The notes under the pieces: model-generated | The model's input: only the letters and a program-made list of their open reading frames with translations | What the model was told of the DNA's origin: nothing | The model's database searches: none | Origin: an uncultured Gemmatimonadales bacterium | GTDB lineage: Bacteria > Actinomycetota > Acidimicrobiia > Spongiisociales > UBA5794 | Assembly: GCA_964195945.1 (NCBI GenBank) | Contig: CAXMRC010000150.1 | Coordinates: 16,400 to 80,399 of the forward strand | Direction: 5' to 3' | DNA: 64,000 nt | Program-made: the position numbers and the translations under genes | Part shown: one piece after another, positions 9,204 through 19,092 of the stretch | Layout of the letters: the number at the start of each line of letters is the position of its first letter | Position numbering within the stretch: the stretch's first letter is position 1

Positions 9204-10487
9204 ATGCCCGGAATACCACTTGGCCCGTTTGCGGATGACTCTGCTTATGCCGAAGCAGTCGCCCGCGACGGCACCGACCCGTTGCGCCAGTTCCGATCAG
9301 AGTTTGCGGCACAAGATCCCAGCCTGATCTACCTGGACGGGAACTCGCTGGGGCGCTTGCCGAACAGGACCGTGGAACTGATCCGGGACACGGTAGAGAA
9401 CCAGTGGGGAACGCGACTGAATCGATCTTGGCGAGAACGCTGGTGGACCCAAGCCGACGCCATCGGCAGCATGATTGCACCCATCGTTGGCGCCGGCGGA
9501 AGCGACGTGATCGTCGCCGACTCAACATCAGTGGCTCTGTTCAAGCTGACTGTTGGTGCGTTGCGAGCGCGTCCCGATCGCGGCCGCATACTGACCGACG
9601 ATCTCAATTTCCCGACTGATCTCTATGTCACGTCGGCAGCCGCGGACCTTGCCGGCGGCCGCGAGGTTGTGATGGTTCCCTCGGCCGATGGCATCGCCGG
9701 GCCAGAAGATGCTCTGCTTGCGGCCCTCGATGACGACACAGCCCTCCTTACTCTCTCCCATGTCGCCTTCAAGAGTGGCTATCTCTACGACATGGAACGT
9801 CTTACGAAGGCTGCCCACGATGTCGGCGCACTGGTGCTGTGGGATTTGAGCCATTCCGTTGGCGCCGTCCCGATCGATCTCACCGCAGCCGGGGTTGACC
9901 TGGCTGTCGGGTGTACGTACAAGTATCTGAACGGCGGCCCAGGGTCCCCGGCGTTCCTATATGTCTCCCGCTCCCTCGATATCGAGAATCCTCTTTCTGG
10001 CTGGTGGGGCCATACCGACCCGTTTGCCTTCGACACAGAATACGAACCGGCCGCTTCCATCAAACGGTTCCAGACCGGAACGATGCCGATCATTTCCATG
10101 GTCGCCATCGAACCCGGCGTGACCTTGACCGCCAGGGCTGGGATGGATGCGATAAGGACCAAGTCCGTTGCGCTGAGCGAGTTCTTTGTTCAGCTCAGTG
10201 ATCGACTTCTAGAACCGCTCGGTTTCACGGTTGCCTCTCCGCGAGACCCGGAGCAAAGAGGTTCCCACGTCTCGATGCGACACGCCGACGGCTGGCGCGT
10301 AAGCCAGGTGATGATTGACCACGCCAACCTGATCCCCGATTTCCGTCCTCCCGACAACATCCGCTTCGGGTTCGCACCGCTGTACACCAGCTTCCTGGAT
10401 GTCCACACAGCAGTCCTCCGCATCACTGAGCTGTTCGCAGCAGGCACTATGGCGCGGTATTCGTCGACGCGCGACACGGTGTCGTAG
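9204..10487 (+). CDS. kynU: Kynureninase
   Basis: CTYKYLNGGPGSPAFLYV and the PLP-enzyme fold. Start at MPGIPLGPF. Confidence 0.85.
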   Translation: MPGIPLGPFADDSAYAEAVARDGTDPLRQFRSEFAAQDPSLIYLDGNSLGRLPNRTVELIRDTVENQWGTRLNRSWRERWWTQADAIGSMIAPIVGAGGSDVIVADSTSVALFKLTVGALRARPDRGRILTDDLNFPTDLYVTSAAADLAGGREVVMVPSADGIAGPEDALLAALDDDTALLTLSHVAFKSGYLYDMERLTKAAHDVGALVLWDLSHSVGAVPIDLTAAGVDLAVGCTYKYLNGGPGSPAFLYVSRSLDIENPLSGWWGHTDPFAFDTEYEPAASIKRFQTGTMPIISMVAIEPGVTLTARAGMDAIRTKSVALSEFFVQLSDRLLEPLGFTVASPRDPEQRGSHVSMRHADGWRVSQVMIDHANLIPDFRPPDNIRFGFAPLYTSFLDVHTAVLRITELFAAGTMARYSSTRDTVS

Positions 10488-10531
10488 GAGAACGTCTGCA
10501 ATGTCCGTCGCGACCGGTAACGTCATCGACC

Positions 10532-11143
10532 ATGCATCCCAACGACGCCGTCACTCTCGCCGATTACCGACGTCAAGTTGCCGCGCTCTACGCAGAGGTA
10601 CGCAATGGCGGATCTGACCGAGAGACTTGGGTCCAGTGGAGAAACGAGCGCGACCGGCTCTTCAAGTATCACCCGCAGAGCGCCGTCCCTGTTGCCGAGC
10701 GGGCAACCTTCGCTGGTCTTGAGTATTTCGACCACGATCCGGCGATGCGCTTTGAGGTGGCTCTCGAACCCGCCAACGCGATGCAGATAGACATCGGCCA
10801 CAGCGGAGCGGGCAACACACCGTTCCTCCCGATCGGGGCTATCGCTCTGGAGGCACTCGGTAGCAAAGAGACGCTGACCGTCTACTGGCTTGACGCCTAT
10901 GGGGGTGGGCTGTTCCTACCCTTTCGCGACGCAACGGCGGGAGACACGACATACGGCGGAGGTCGCTACCTTCTCGACACTGTGAAGGGAGCCGACCTTG
11001 GCGGAGACGGCAGCACCAGCCTCGTCATCGATTTCAACTATGCCTACCACCCGAGTTGCGTTCACAACACCGAGTGGAGCTGTCCGCTGGCTCCGCCACA
11101 GAACCGCGTCGCATTAGCGATACCGGCGGGAGAGCGGCTCTAG
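10532..11143 (+). CDS. DUF1684 domain protein
   Basis: GGGRYLLD...DFNYAYHPSCVHNTEWSCPLAPPQNRVALAIPAGE is the signature C-terminus of DUF1684. Confidence 0.8.
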   Translation: MHPNDAVTLADYRRQVAALYAEVRNGGSDRETWVQWRNERDRLFKYHPQSAVPVAERATFAGLEYFDHDPAMRFEVALEPANAMQIDIGHSGAGNTPFLPIGAIALEALGSKETLTVYWLDAYGGGLFLPFRDATAGDTTYGGGRYLLDTVKGADLGGDGSTSLVIDFNYAYHPSCVHNTEWSCPLAPPQNRVALAIPAGERL

Positions 11144-12006
11144 CCCAGCCCGAACAGCACGACTGCTGCAATCCCGAGCCCGAAGCCTGTCATTTGCAGT
11201 GGTTTGATCTTCTCTTTGGCCAGGAGCCAGGCGAGCAACACCGTGGGCCCAGGAGCTAAACCAATCACCGCCGCAACTACCGCAACTGGTCCCAGCTGAT
11301 ACGCCAGAACACTGAGCAGGACTGCAAGGGCCGCAAGCAAGCCGACGCCAAGATCTGGCCAAATCGCGGCTCGCCTGGGGCGCACGAGCCGGCCCGAGAA
11401 TCCCGCCACGGTGAGCAACAGCAGCGTGGCCGTTATCTGCGAAACGACGCCTGGGGCGATTCCACTATCAGGGTGGGTCTGGCCAAAGAAGATGCCTGCA
11501 GACCCAAGAAACAGCCCGGCCAGTACGGCGATCCCCACCGCTTGTGGGACAGGAAACGCATCCTCCGAGGTATGACTTGAAGCGGCCACCAATGCCGCGG
11601 CGGGGAACGCAATGAGCAATCCGAAAACCTCCAACTGAGACAACCGGTCGCCCAGCAAAGGACCGACGACCGCGGGAACAGCCATCGAGACCAGCCCGAG
11701 AACCGGGGCGACCACGGCCATTGGTCCCTTGCCCATGCCGACCATGATTAGGGGCAGCGCAACACCGATGGCGACACCGGCCGCGACGGCCCACCAGAAG
11801 TCGCTGCGCGTGAAGTGGTCGGGTAGGGCCAGGGGTATCACGGCTACCACCACCAGGACACCCAGGAGCGAACTGATCAGCGTGTAGGTAAGGGCACTGC
11901 TGGTTCTGCCATCCCTACGCAGGGTGACACCAGCTAGATAATCGGCAATGCCCAGCGAAATCGCGGACGCGATTGCGAGACTTAGCACCATCGGCGCGGT
12001 CTCCAT
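11140..12006 (-). CDS. EamA/DMT-family membrane transporter (about 10 TM)
   Basis: Entirely hydrophobic 288 aa with internal duplication typical of DMT permeases. Confidence 0.7.
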   Translation of the reverse strand: METAPMVLSLAIASAISLGIADYLAGVTLRRDGRTSSALTYTLISSLLGVLVVVAVIPLALPDHFTRSDFWWAVAAGVAIGVALPLIMVGMGKGPMAVVAPVLGLVSMAVPAVVGPLLGDRLSQLEVFGLLIAFPAAALVAASSHTSEDAFPVPQAVGIAVLAGLFLGSAGIFFGQTHPDSGIAPGVVSQITATLLLLTVAGFSGRLVRPRRAAIWPDLGVGLLAALAVLLSVLAYQLGPVAVVAAVIGLAPGPTVLLAWLLAKEKIKPLQMTGFGLGIAAVVLFGLG

Positions 12007-12110
12007 TTCCCGTCGACTCCGCGACTGCTGGCTAGAAGCTAGCGTTTTCTGCGACGACCGACGAGTCTCCGCAGCTACACCTGCATGTGCGTCGCTCTAG
12101 TATTCCGTCT

Positions 12111-13019
12111 ATGTCAATTGTTGTTGTTGGAAGTATTGGAATCGATTTCGTCGCAGTTGCCCCTCGTCTGCCCAAGGTAGGCGAGACCGTTCTCGCATCA
12201 CAGCCGTTATACATCGGCCCTGGTGGCAAGGGATTCAATCAAGCTGTCGGCGTCGCCCGCCTCGGTGGAGCCGTGCGGTTCGCCACCAAGACCGGCAAAG
12301 GAGACCTAGGAAGACAGGCTCGGTCGTTTCTGGAAGGCGAAGGCCTGCTGGGTCCCCTCGCTCGCGAGTCTCAAACCGACAATCAGGTGGCATTGATCCT
12401 GGTCGATGACAGCGGCCGAAACATGATCTCTGTCACACCAGGCGCGAGTACCGATGTTCTTCCATCTGATGTCGCCGACCTCGGCCTCAGCAGCGGGGAC
12501 ATTTTGTTGGCGCAGCTGGAGATACCCGTGCCCACCGTCACCGCAGCCGCTAACCATGCCAAAGGAGCTGGGGCAATGGTGGTTCTAAACCCCGCCCCAG
12601 CCACTCCCCTCCCCGATGATTTGTTGAGCCTCGTCGACATCGCAACACCCAATGAGACTGAACTATCGATTCTTACCGGAATGCCAACCGACACCACGAA
12701 CCAGGTCGTTGCGGCAGGTGAACGTTTGCTTGAGATGGGTGTCGGTGCGGTAATAGCGACGATCGGCAGCAAGGGGTCCATCCACATCGACCACGCCGGG
12801 AGCACGAAATACGATTCTATGCTGGTCGACGCGATTGACACCACGGGGGCTGGCGATGCGTTCAACGCTGGATTGGTAGTCGGGATGAGCCAGGATCTAT
12901 CGCTTGCTGAGTCCATTGGCCTCGGTAATCGGGCTGGTGCCTACTGCGTGACCCACCTCGGTGTGCTCGACGGGCTGGCTACTGCCACGCAGCTTGCTGA
13001 GTTCACCAGCCGCCACTGA
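12111..13019 (+). CDS. rbsK: Ribokinase (PfkB family)
   Basis: VVVGSIGIDFV, GGKGFNQAVGVARLG, DTTGAGDAFNAGLVVG. Start at MSIVVVGS. Confidence 0.8.
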   Translation: MSIVVVGSIGIDFVAVAPRLPKVGETVLASQPLYIGPGGKGFNQAVGVARLGGAVRFATKTGKGDLGRQARSFLEGEGLLGPLARESQTDNQVALILVDDSGRNMISVTPGASTDVLPSDVADLGLSSGDILLAQLEIPVPTVTAAANHAKGAGAMVVLNPAPATPLPDDLLSLVDIATPNETELSILTGMPTDTTNQVVAAGERLLEMGVGAVIATIGSKGSIHIDHAGSTKYDSMLVDAIDTTGAGDAFNAGLVVGMSQDLSLAESIGLGNRAGAYCVTHLGVLDGLATATQLAEFTSRH

Positions 13020-13134
13020 ATGGCTAGCTTTCCCGGGTCCGAACGGACCGCAGCGGGGCCGCCATCGGGACGCAATACCGGGGACCTTTGCCCCTTGTCC
13101 GGGACATGGCACCTTTGCGATTCTGTGTTCTCAC

Positions 13135-14451
13135 ATGAAATCCCTCATCGCCACTGCATTTCTGACCGCAAGTCTCTTTGTGATCGCCCCCTTGGCCACG
13201 GCACAAGCCGCAGACTCTGAGCCGGCAAGCACGGAGGACCTGTGGTACCCACCGTCGTCTAACGGGTCAACCAACATTGCGTTCTACTTCGTGTTCTCGG
13301 AGACATGCTCCCATTGCGCTGAAGCAGAGCCGTTTATTGATCACCTCGAGTCCACCTATGACTGGCTCGAGATCAGCAGGGTCAGCACCCAGGAGGCGAC
13401 AGATGAAGAAATCGACACGGCTCTAACGCTTGCAGACGATGTCGGCGAAGATATCGTTGGCGTGCCAACATTTCTGTTTTGCGAACGTATGGAAGTGGGT
13501 TTCGACACAATTGAGACCACGGGTGCCAGCATGGAAGAGGCTCTAGTTGGCTGTCACAACGCGGTCGCGGGCGCAGTCACCGAGGCGGACGCAACCGACG
13601 AGGACGATCTCCACGTTCCCATTCTTGGCGACATCGACGCCAACGCAGTCTCGCTGCCACTCTTTACGGTGGCGATAGCCAGTCTCGACGCGTTCAACCC
13701 ATGTGCGTTCTTTGTGCTCCTATTCCTTCTCAGCCTCCTGGTGCACGCAAGAAGCAGATGGCGGATGGCGCTGGTGGGTGGGGTTTTCGTCGTGATCTCG
13801 GGTGTTATGTACTTTGCGTTCATGGCGGCGTGGCTCAATGTGTTCCTGGTGACTGGACAGCTGCGCTGGGTAACCACGGTCGCCGGCCTCATTGCGGTGA
13901 CCCTTGCAGTGTTCAATATGAAGGATTACTTCTTCCCTGACACCGCGGGATCTCTCTCCATCCCTGAATCCGCCAAACCGGGTTTGTTCGCCCGGATGCG
14001 GAAGCTGACGACCGGCGATGCCATGCCAACAGTTCTGTTGGGAACCATCGCATTGGCAGCCGTCGCCAATAGCTATGAACTCCTCTGCACAGCAGGCTTT
14101 CCTCTCGTCTTTACTCGAGTGCTCACACTGAATGATCTGCCAACGTCGACCTACTACGGCTACCTGGCGCTCTACAACGTTGTATACGTGATCCCTCTGA
14201 TGACAATTGTCGGCGTATTTGTGTGGACGCTGGGATCTCGCAAGCTGTCCGAGAACGAGGGCAAGTTCCTCAAGTTGATGTCGGGGACCATGATGCTGGG
14301 GCTGGGACTGTTGCTCCTCCTCAAGCCAGATCTCCTCGAAAACATGCTGGCCGCAGTCGGCATCATGGGACTCGCCATCGTCGTGGCTATTGCGATCTCA
14401 TACGTTGAGCGCCGCCGACGCCGGGCTGCAGCAGACGTAAAGGCCGGATAG
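13135..14451 (+). CDS. Fusion protein: secreted thioredoxin-fold domain (CSHC) joined to a CcdA/DsbD-like transmembrane thiol-disulfide transfer domain
   Basis: Signal peptide MKSLIATAFLTASLFVIAPLATAQA. CxxC motif (ETCSHCAEAEPF) and VGVPTFLF. Then 6 TM helices with Cys in TM1 (FNPCAFFVLLFLL) and a later TM (LLCTAGFPLV), as in DsbD_2/CcdA. Confidence 0.6.
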   Translation: MKSLIATAFLTASLFVIAPLATAQAADSEPASTEDLWYPPSSNGSTNIAFYFVFSETCSHCAEAEPFIDHLESTYDWLEISRVSTQEATDEEIDTALTLADDVGEDIVGVPTFLFCERMEVGFDTIETTGASMEEALVGCHNAVAGAVTEADATDEDDLHVPILGDIDANAVSLPLFTVAIASLDAFNPCAFFVLLFLLSLLVHARSRWRMALVGGVFVVISGVMYFAFMAAWLNVFLVTGQLRWVTTVAGLIAVTLAVFNMKDYFFPDTAGSLSIPESAKPGLFARMRKLTTGDAMPTVLLGTIALAAVANSYELLCTAGFPLVFTRVLTLNDLPTSTYYGYLALYNVVYVIPLMTIVGVFVWTLGSRKLSENEGKFLKLMSGTMMLGLGLLLLLKPDLLENMLAAVGIMGLAIVVAIAISYVERRRRRAAADVKAG

Positions 14452-14535
14452 GCGCGCCAAACCGTCGAGTCCCTGTGAACATGCGCACAAACCGCAGTGG
14501 TAGCGTGGAGATATCCCTCAGAACCGAGATTGCAG

Positions 14536-15909
14536 CTAGCCGAGAGCGCGGTGCAAAAAGGCTGCCATCTCGGCCCTGGTCACTATTGAGTTGGGACAGA
14601 ACCGATCATTCTCGGGCGGGTTGCACCCCTTGGTAACGCCCGCGGCCGCCAGCGCCTCGATCGCCGATTCGAAGATCGAACCATCGTCGTCTGTGAAGCT
14701 GTCCCCGCCCGGGTCAACGTAGGAGAATGCACGCACCAAGAACGTGGCCATCTCGGCTCGGGTCAGGTTGCGATCAGGGCAGAAATTGGTGTTGGCGGGT
14801 GGATTGCAACCTTTTGTGATGCCAGCCGCGGCCAATGATTCGATCGCTCTCTCAAACAGCGAATCGTTGTCATCGGCAAACTGATCAGTCCCACCCGGGT
14901 CGGGTAACGACAATGCACGAGTGAGGAACGCGGCCATCTCGCCCCTGGTCACACCGTCCGTAGGGCAGAACCGGTCATTGGTGGGCGGGTTGCACCCTTG
15001 TGTGATGTTGGCGCTCGCCAACCAAATGATGTCGGACTCAAAGACGGAACTCTCGTCGTCGCGGAATGGCGGCACAAAGAACTCGGTGTCGTTACAGCCG
15101 ACGCGTTCCGGGCCAAAGGCCAAGGAATCGAAGTGGATTTCGTTGTCGACCAACGATGCCTCTCCGCCGTAGTAGATGTCGAACCAGAAGCTTTTGATGT
15201 CAATGTCAGGTTCAGTCGCTCTTCGGAACGCGATGTCACTCTTCGCAAAGGCTTCGGTGCCATCGACCCAGCCTTGCAACGTTCCGTCGTGTACCCCTGG
15301 CGTGTTGAGATCGATGCGACCCTCGACGCAATACCACCTGCCGTGGTCGAGGGTCGCCACATCGGGATCCCATGTCCAGATATCCCCGCGCGTTGCCGGA
15401 CTGTCGAGGTGATAGACGTAGAAACCGATCAAAGTCTTGTCATCCGGCCCATTCGGATACCCCGGCTGACCAAAGCTGGGATATGTACGAGAGAACAGCA
15501 TCCTGGCCGAGAAACAGGGCTCCTCGGGTGTTGAGGGGCGGCCCCCCAGACAGTTGTAGTTGTAGAGCCCAGCGACACCGGGAAGCTTGCCTCGATTGGG
15601 CGGCTCAACATAGAAACCCTCGGGGAACTGCACCCAGTAACGCCACCACAGCTCCTCAGGATCGCTGAGCCCGTGATCGGAAAAATCCCAATGACCGCTG
15701 CTCCCCCAGTGCTCGCCCGCGGGGATTACCGAGAGCAGTCCCGGTCCATCATGGCCAGCGGCGAGCGGAAGCATCCCCCAGCCGCCTGAGAAGACGTTCG
15801 CCGTACCGTCGCTAAATGACTCGTCAACCACAGTATTCGGGGCGTCGGCGCTGGCAGGTACAAGGCCAAGGAGCATGACGGCCAGTGCCACCGGAATCAT
15901 CCGTCTCAT
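14536..15909 (-). CDS. Secreted jelly-roll (concanavalin/polysaccharide-lyase-like) domain protein with three C-terminal Cys-containing SLH-like repeats
   Basis: Signal peptide MRRMIPVALAVMLLGLVPASA with GGGAGA SD. Unclassified N-terminal domain (GTLQGWVDG, FWFDIYYGG). Three repeats F.DD..S.FE..I..LA.AGITKGCNPPxNxxFCPxxxVTRxEMAxFLxRAL. Confidence 0.8.
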   Translation of the reverse strand: MRRMIPVALAVMLLGLVPASADAPNTVVDESFSDGTANVFSGGWGMLPLAAGHDGPGLLSVIPAGEHWGSSGHWDFSDHGLSDPEELWWRYWVQFPEGFYVEPPNRGKLPGVAGLYNYNCLGGRPSTPEEPCFSARMLFSRTYPSFGQPGYPNGPDDKTLIGFYVYHLDSPATRGDIWTWDPDVATLDHGRWYCVEGRIDLNTPGVHDGTLQGWVDGTEAFAKSDIAFRRATEPDIDIKSFWFDIYYGGEASLVDNEIHFDSLAFGPERVGCNDTEFFVPPFRDDESSVFESDIIWLASANITQGCNPPTNDRFCPTDGVTRGEMAAFLTRALSLPDPGGTDQFADDNDSLFERAIESLAAAGITKGCNPPANTNFCPDRNLTRAEMATFLVRAFSYVDPGGDSFTDDDGSIFESAIEALAAAGVTKGCNPPENDRFCPNSIVTRAEMAAFLHRALG

Positions 15910-16053
15910 CGATCTCCCTAACCACGATTGTGGCTGAGCGTAGACATACCCGGCCGGTAAGCGGAGGACCGAAATGCCAGCCAATAAGACAATGACTACA
16001 ACGGCGACGGTACATATTGATCAGACCGTCGCCCACTCAGAGTCCGACGTCGG

Positions 16054-16554
16054 TCAGAAGCGGCGCTCCATGATGAGAACGGAGTGGAAGCTATCGAGCT
16101 TGTACCCAACCTCGTCGAGGACTCCAACCTCTTGGTAGCCGAGCCGACGATGCAAAGTCACCGAGGGTTGGTTCGGCAGCGCTATCGATGCATAGGCCCG
16201 GTGCGCTCCAGAGGCGGCAACCTGGTCGAGTAATGCTTCGAGTAGCGGCCCCCCGAAACCACGGCCTACTGCCTCTCCCCCAAGAACCACCGTTGTCTCG
16301 ACCGACCTGGCGTATCCGGCTTTCTCATGAAACGGACTGCTTACGGCAAATCCAACGACGCGCCCGGAAAGCCCAAGAACCATCACCCCGTACCGGCCCT
16401 GCGCATCGTTGTAGCGCTCGAACCAGTTCTGTCTCTTTTCAAGCGTCCAGGGTTCTGTGTCAAAGGACGTGTGGCGATCAATGATGTACTCGTTGTAGAT
16501 TTCATTGATGCGTGCCAGGTCAGCGAGCTTTGCATGTCGAATGGTCGATTCCAT
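16054..16554 (-). CDS. GNAT N-acetyltransferase (phosphinothricin-acetyltransferase-like)
   Basis: RGFGGPLLEALL, HRAYASIALPNQPSVTLHRRLGYQEVG. Confidence 0.8.
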   Translation of the reverse strand: MESTIRHAKLADLARINEIYNEYIIDRHTSFDTEPWTLEKRQNWFERYNDAQGRYGVMVLGLSGRVVGFAVSSPFHEKAGYARSVETTVVLGGEAVGRGFGGPLLEALLDQVAASGAHRAYASIALPNQPSVTLHRRLGYQEVGVLDEVGYKLDSFHSVLIMERRF

Positions 16555-16698
16555 CGCCGAAGACAGTACAACCACAGCGGCGCCGCAGACCCGCGCGGAT
16601 CACCGATCAGAGTTACGTCGGTGTAATTGATCCTCCCGGCCCATTCACGGTAACGGCCATATGACCGACACTTCTATAACGCTCTACGAAGGTTTCCG

Positions 16699-17292
16699 GT
16701 GCACCGACTCATACGGTTTCTCGATGCCACAGACCCCGAGCTCGCTGCACACAGTCGACGAGCATCGCGGTTGGCCGGCGACATCGCGGCCCAGATGTCT
16801 CTTGACCCGGGCACCGTAGAAAGACTTAGATTCGCGGCGCGGCTCCACGACATCGGCAAGGTCTTCATCCCGAGGGACATCCTTGACGAACCCGGTCCGC
16901 TTTCCGAGGCGCAGTGGGTGGAGCTCCGGCGTCATCCACTCATGGGGTATGAGCTCGTCCGCGACCGTGTGCCTGCTGAAGTGGCGCGAATTGTCCTGAC
17001 CCATCACGAGCGTTTTGACGGAACCGGGTACCCCAACGCAATCTCGGCCGCGGCAATACCGCTCGAGGCCCGCGTGCTGCAGGTAGCCGATGCGTTTGAT
17101 GCGATTACGAGTGCCCGGCCCTACCAACCGGCGCTGTCGGTTGACTACGCCCTCAGCGAACTGGTTCGCTGCTCCGGGACCCAATTCGACCCAAGCGTGG
17201 TCGAGGCCACCGTTGCTATAGCGTCGCGGGCTACCGCGATGCCGACCCAAGCCGGTGATCCCCGATCTCTAATCGACGAGATTGCCGTCTAG
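16699..17292 (+). CDS. Stand-alone HD-GYP domain phosphodiesterase (GTG start)
   Basis: HDIGKVFIP...HPLMGYEL...LTHHERFDGTGYPN. No receiver domain. Confidence 0.8.
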   Translation: MHRLIRFLDATDPELAAHSRRASRLAGDIAAQMSLDPGTVERLRFAARLHDIGKVFIPRDILDEPGPLSEAQWVELRRHPLMGYELVRDRVPAEVARIVLTHHERFDGTGYPNAISAAAIPLEARVLQVADAFDAITSARPYQPALSVDYALSELVRCSGTQFDPSVVEATVAIASRATAMPTQAGDPRSLIDEIAV

Positions 17293-17335
17293 CCTCAGGT
17301 CATAGGCATCCCTGCTCCCGCAGGCACGCAGCCGT

Positions 17336-19015
17336 TTAGCTTTCAGGACGCTCGGCAGTCGGCACGGCGACTCGCGCGGTGCGTCTCGCGAAATAGAAGA
17401 TGCGCTTGAGATGGGCGATCAAGTCGGTCTCAAGACCATAGGTTTGGATTCGATTCGGCTCATCGGCAACCAGCCGTTCTGCCTGGTGGCGGTCCGCCTT
17501 TTTGGCGATGGAGTTGATCTCGCTCTTCATAGCCGCCACTCGCCGCGCCGCATTCTCGTTCTTCTGCGTTACGGCAAGCATCGCAAGCTCGAAAGCCTCC
17601 TTGACACCGTCATGCAGTTCAAATATATATTCGGCGGTTTCCCGGCTTACCACGATGTCCTGTTCGATACGCGAGACACCGAGCTGAACGAGGTTCGTTT
17701 CGATGATGTCGCCAATCGCCTCGAGGTTATTGGTCGCCTCCATCAACTGGAGCAACTCCTCAGAGTCGCGTGATCCCAGCTCTTCCTTGCTCAACTGCCC
17801 CAGGTAATGAAGAATCGAGCCATACAGCGAGTCGACCTCATCGTCCATCGCTTCGATGGTCACGAGATCGGCGTTGCTCCCTGAGATGACCGCGGGAACG
17901 ACGTCTGTGAGCATCCTGCGAACCCGCTCTGCCAGACGCAACAACTCGAGTCTTGCTCTATCCAACGCCAGACTCGGCGTGCTCATCAGGCCCTTATCCA
18001 GGTACCGGGGGCGCACGATCTCTGGTTCGATTCGATCGGGAACGAGGCGCACAACGAGAGCCGCAAACTGTTTGCTAAAGCCCAAGAACAGCACCGTATT
18101 CGCGACGTTGAAGATGGTGTGGGCATTGGCAATCTGCCGGGCGAGGCCTCCGCCGAGGCCTTCGACGAAACTTGCTAACTGCGGGATAAACAGCAGCCAC
18201 AGCAACACACCAAGGACATTGACGATGGTATGCACCCACGCAGCTCGCAGCGCATCGCGGGGCTTGCCGATGGCGGCGAGTTGGGCGGTTACGCTGGTAC
18301 CCACGTTGGCACCCATGATAAGGGCGATACCCGCTTCGATCCCGATCAGGCCCTGGAACGCAAGGGCCAGGACCACCCCGGTTGTTGCCGACGATGACTG
18401 GATCACCGCGGTGAAGATGGCGCCGGCAACGACACCTGCCAGCGGGTTGGACATCCCGGCCATCCAATTCTGGAAGGGCTCGTAGTCGCTGAGGGGCACC
18501 ATGGCATCACCCATGACGGACATCCCGAAAAAGATCATGCCCAACCCGAGTATCAGCCCCCCTTGGGCGCGACGTTCCTCGTTCTTCGATAGGAACCGGA
18601 TCCCGAACCCGACCGCAAGAAGCGCCAGGGCGTAGCGGGACACCTTGAACGCAATGATTTGCGCGGTGATCGTGGTGCCGATATTGGCACCCATGATTAC
18701 GCCGACCGACTGTTCGAGGGTCAGCAGTCCCGCAGTGATAAAGCCGACGACGAGCACAGTAGTGACCGATGACGATTGAATCACCGCAGTCAGTCCGGCA
18801 CCAGTGGAGGCCGCAGCAATGCGGTTCGATGTCAACTTGTTAAGGATGCCTCGCATGCGGTCGCCGGCCAGCGTCCGCAGCGAACGCGTCATCCGGTCCA
18901 TGCCCATTAGGAAGAGAGCCAACCCTCCAAAGAGACCGCTGAGCACCAAGAACGAATCGATCGAAACAGCCGCGCTGGTCGCATCCGCATATGAGAGAAT
19001 CACTGATCCCACCAC
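17336..19015 (-). CDS. Na+/phosphate cotransporter (NptA family) with C-terminal PhoU-like domain
   Basis: Duplicated MGANIGTT/MGANVGTS motifs. C-terminal helical PhoU-like region. Confidence 0.85.
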   Translation of the reverse strand: MVGSVILSYADATSAAVSIDSFLVLSGLFGGLALFLMGMDRMTRSLRTLAGDRMRGILNKLTSNRIAAASTGAGLTAVIQSSSVTTVLVVGFITAGLLTLEQSVGVIMGANIGTTITAQIIAFKVSRYALALLAVGFGIRFLSKNEERRAQGGLILGLGMIFFGMSVMGDAMVPLSDYEPFQNWMAGMSNPLAGVVAGAIFTAVIQSSSATTGVVLALAFQGLIGIEAGIALIMGANVGTSVTAQLAAIGKPRDALRAAWVHTIVNVLGVLLWLLFIPQLASFVEGLGGGLARQIANAHTIFNVANTVLFLGFSKQFAALVVRLVPDRIEPEIVRPRYLDKGLMSTPSLALDRARLELLRLAERVRRMLTDVVPAVISGSNADLVTIEAMDDEVDSLYGSILHYLGQLSKEELGSRDSEELLQLMEATNNLEAIGDIIETNLVQLGVSRIEQDIVVSRETAEYIFELHDGVKEAFELAMLAVTQKNENAARRVAAMKSEINSIAKKADRHQAERLVADEPNRIQTYGLETDLIAHLKRIFYFARRTARVAVPTAERPES

Positions 19016-19092
19016 TAGCCAGACTCCTCCCCGGACGCGATCTGCCGCTCACGTTAACCGCACGAACTCGATTGCTGCTGACGATCCGATGT

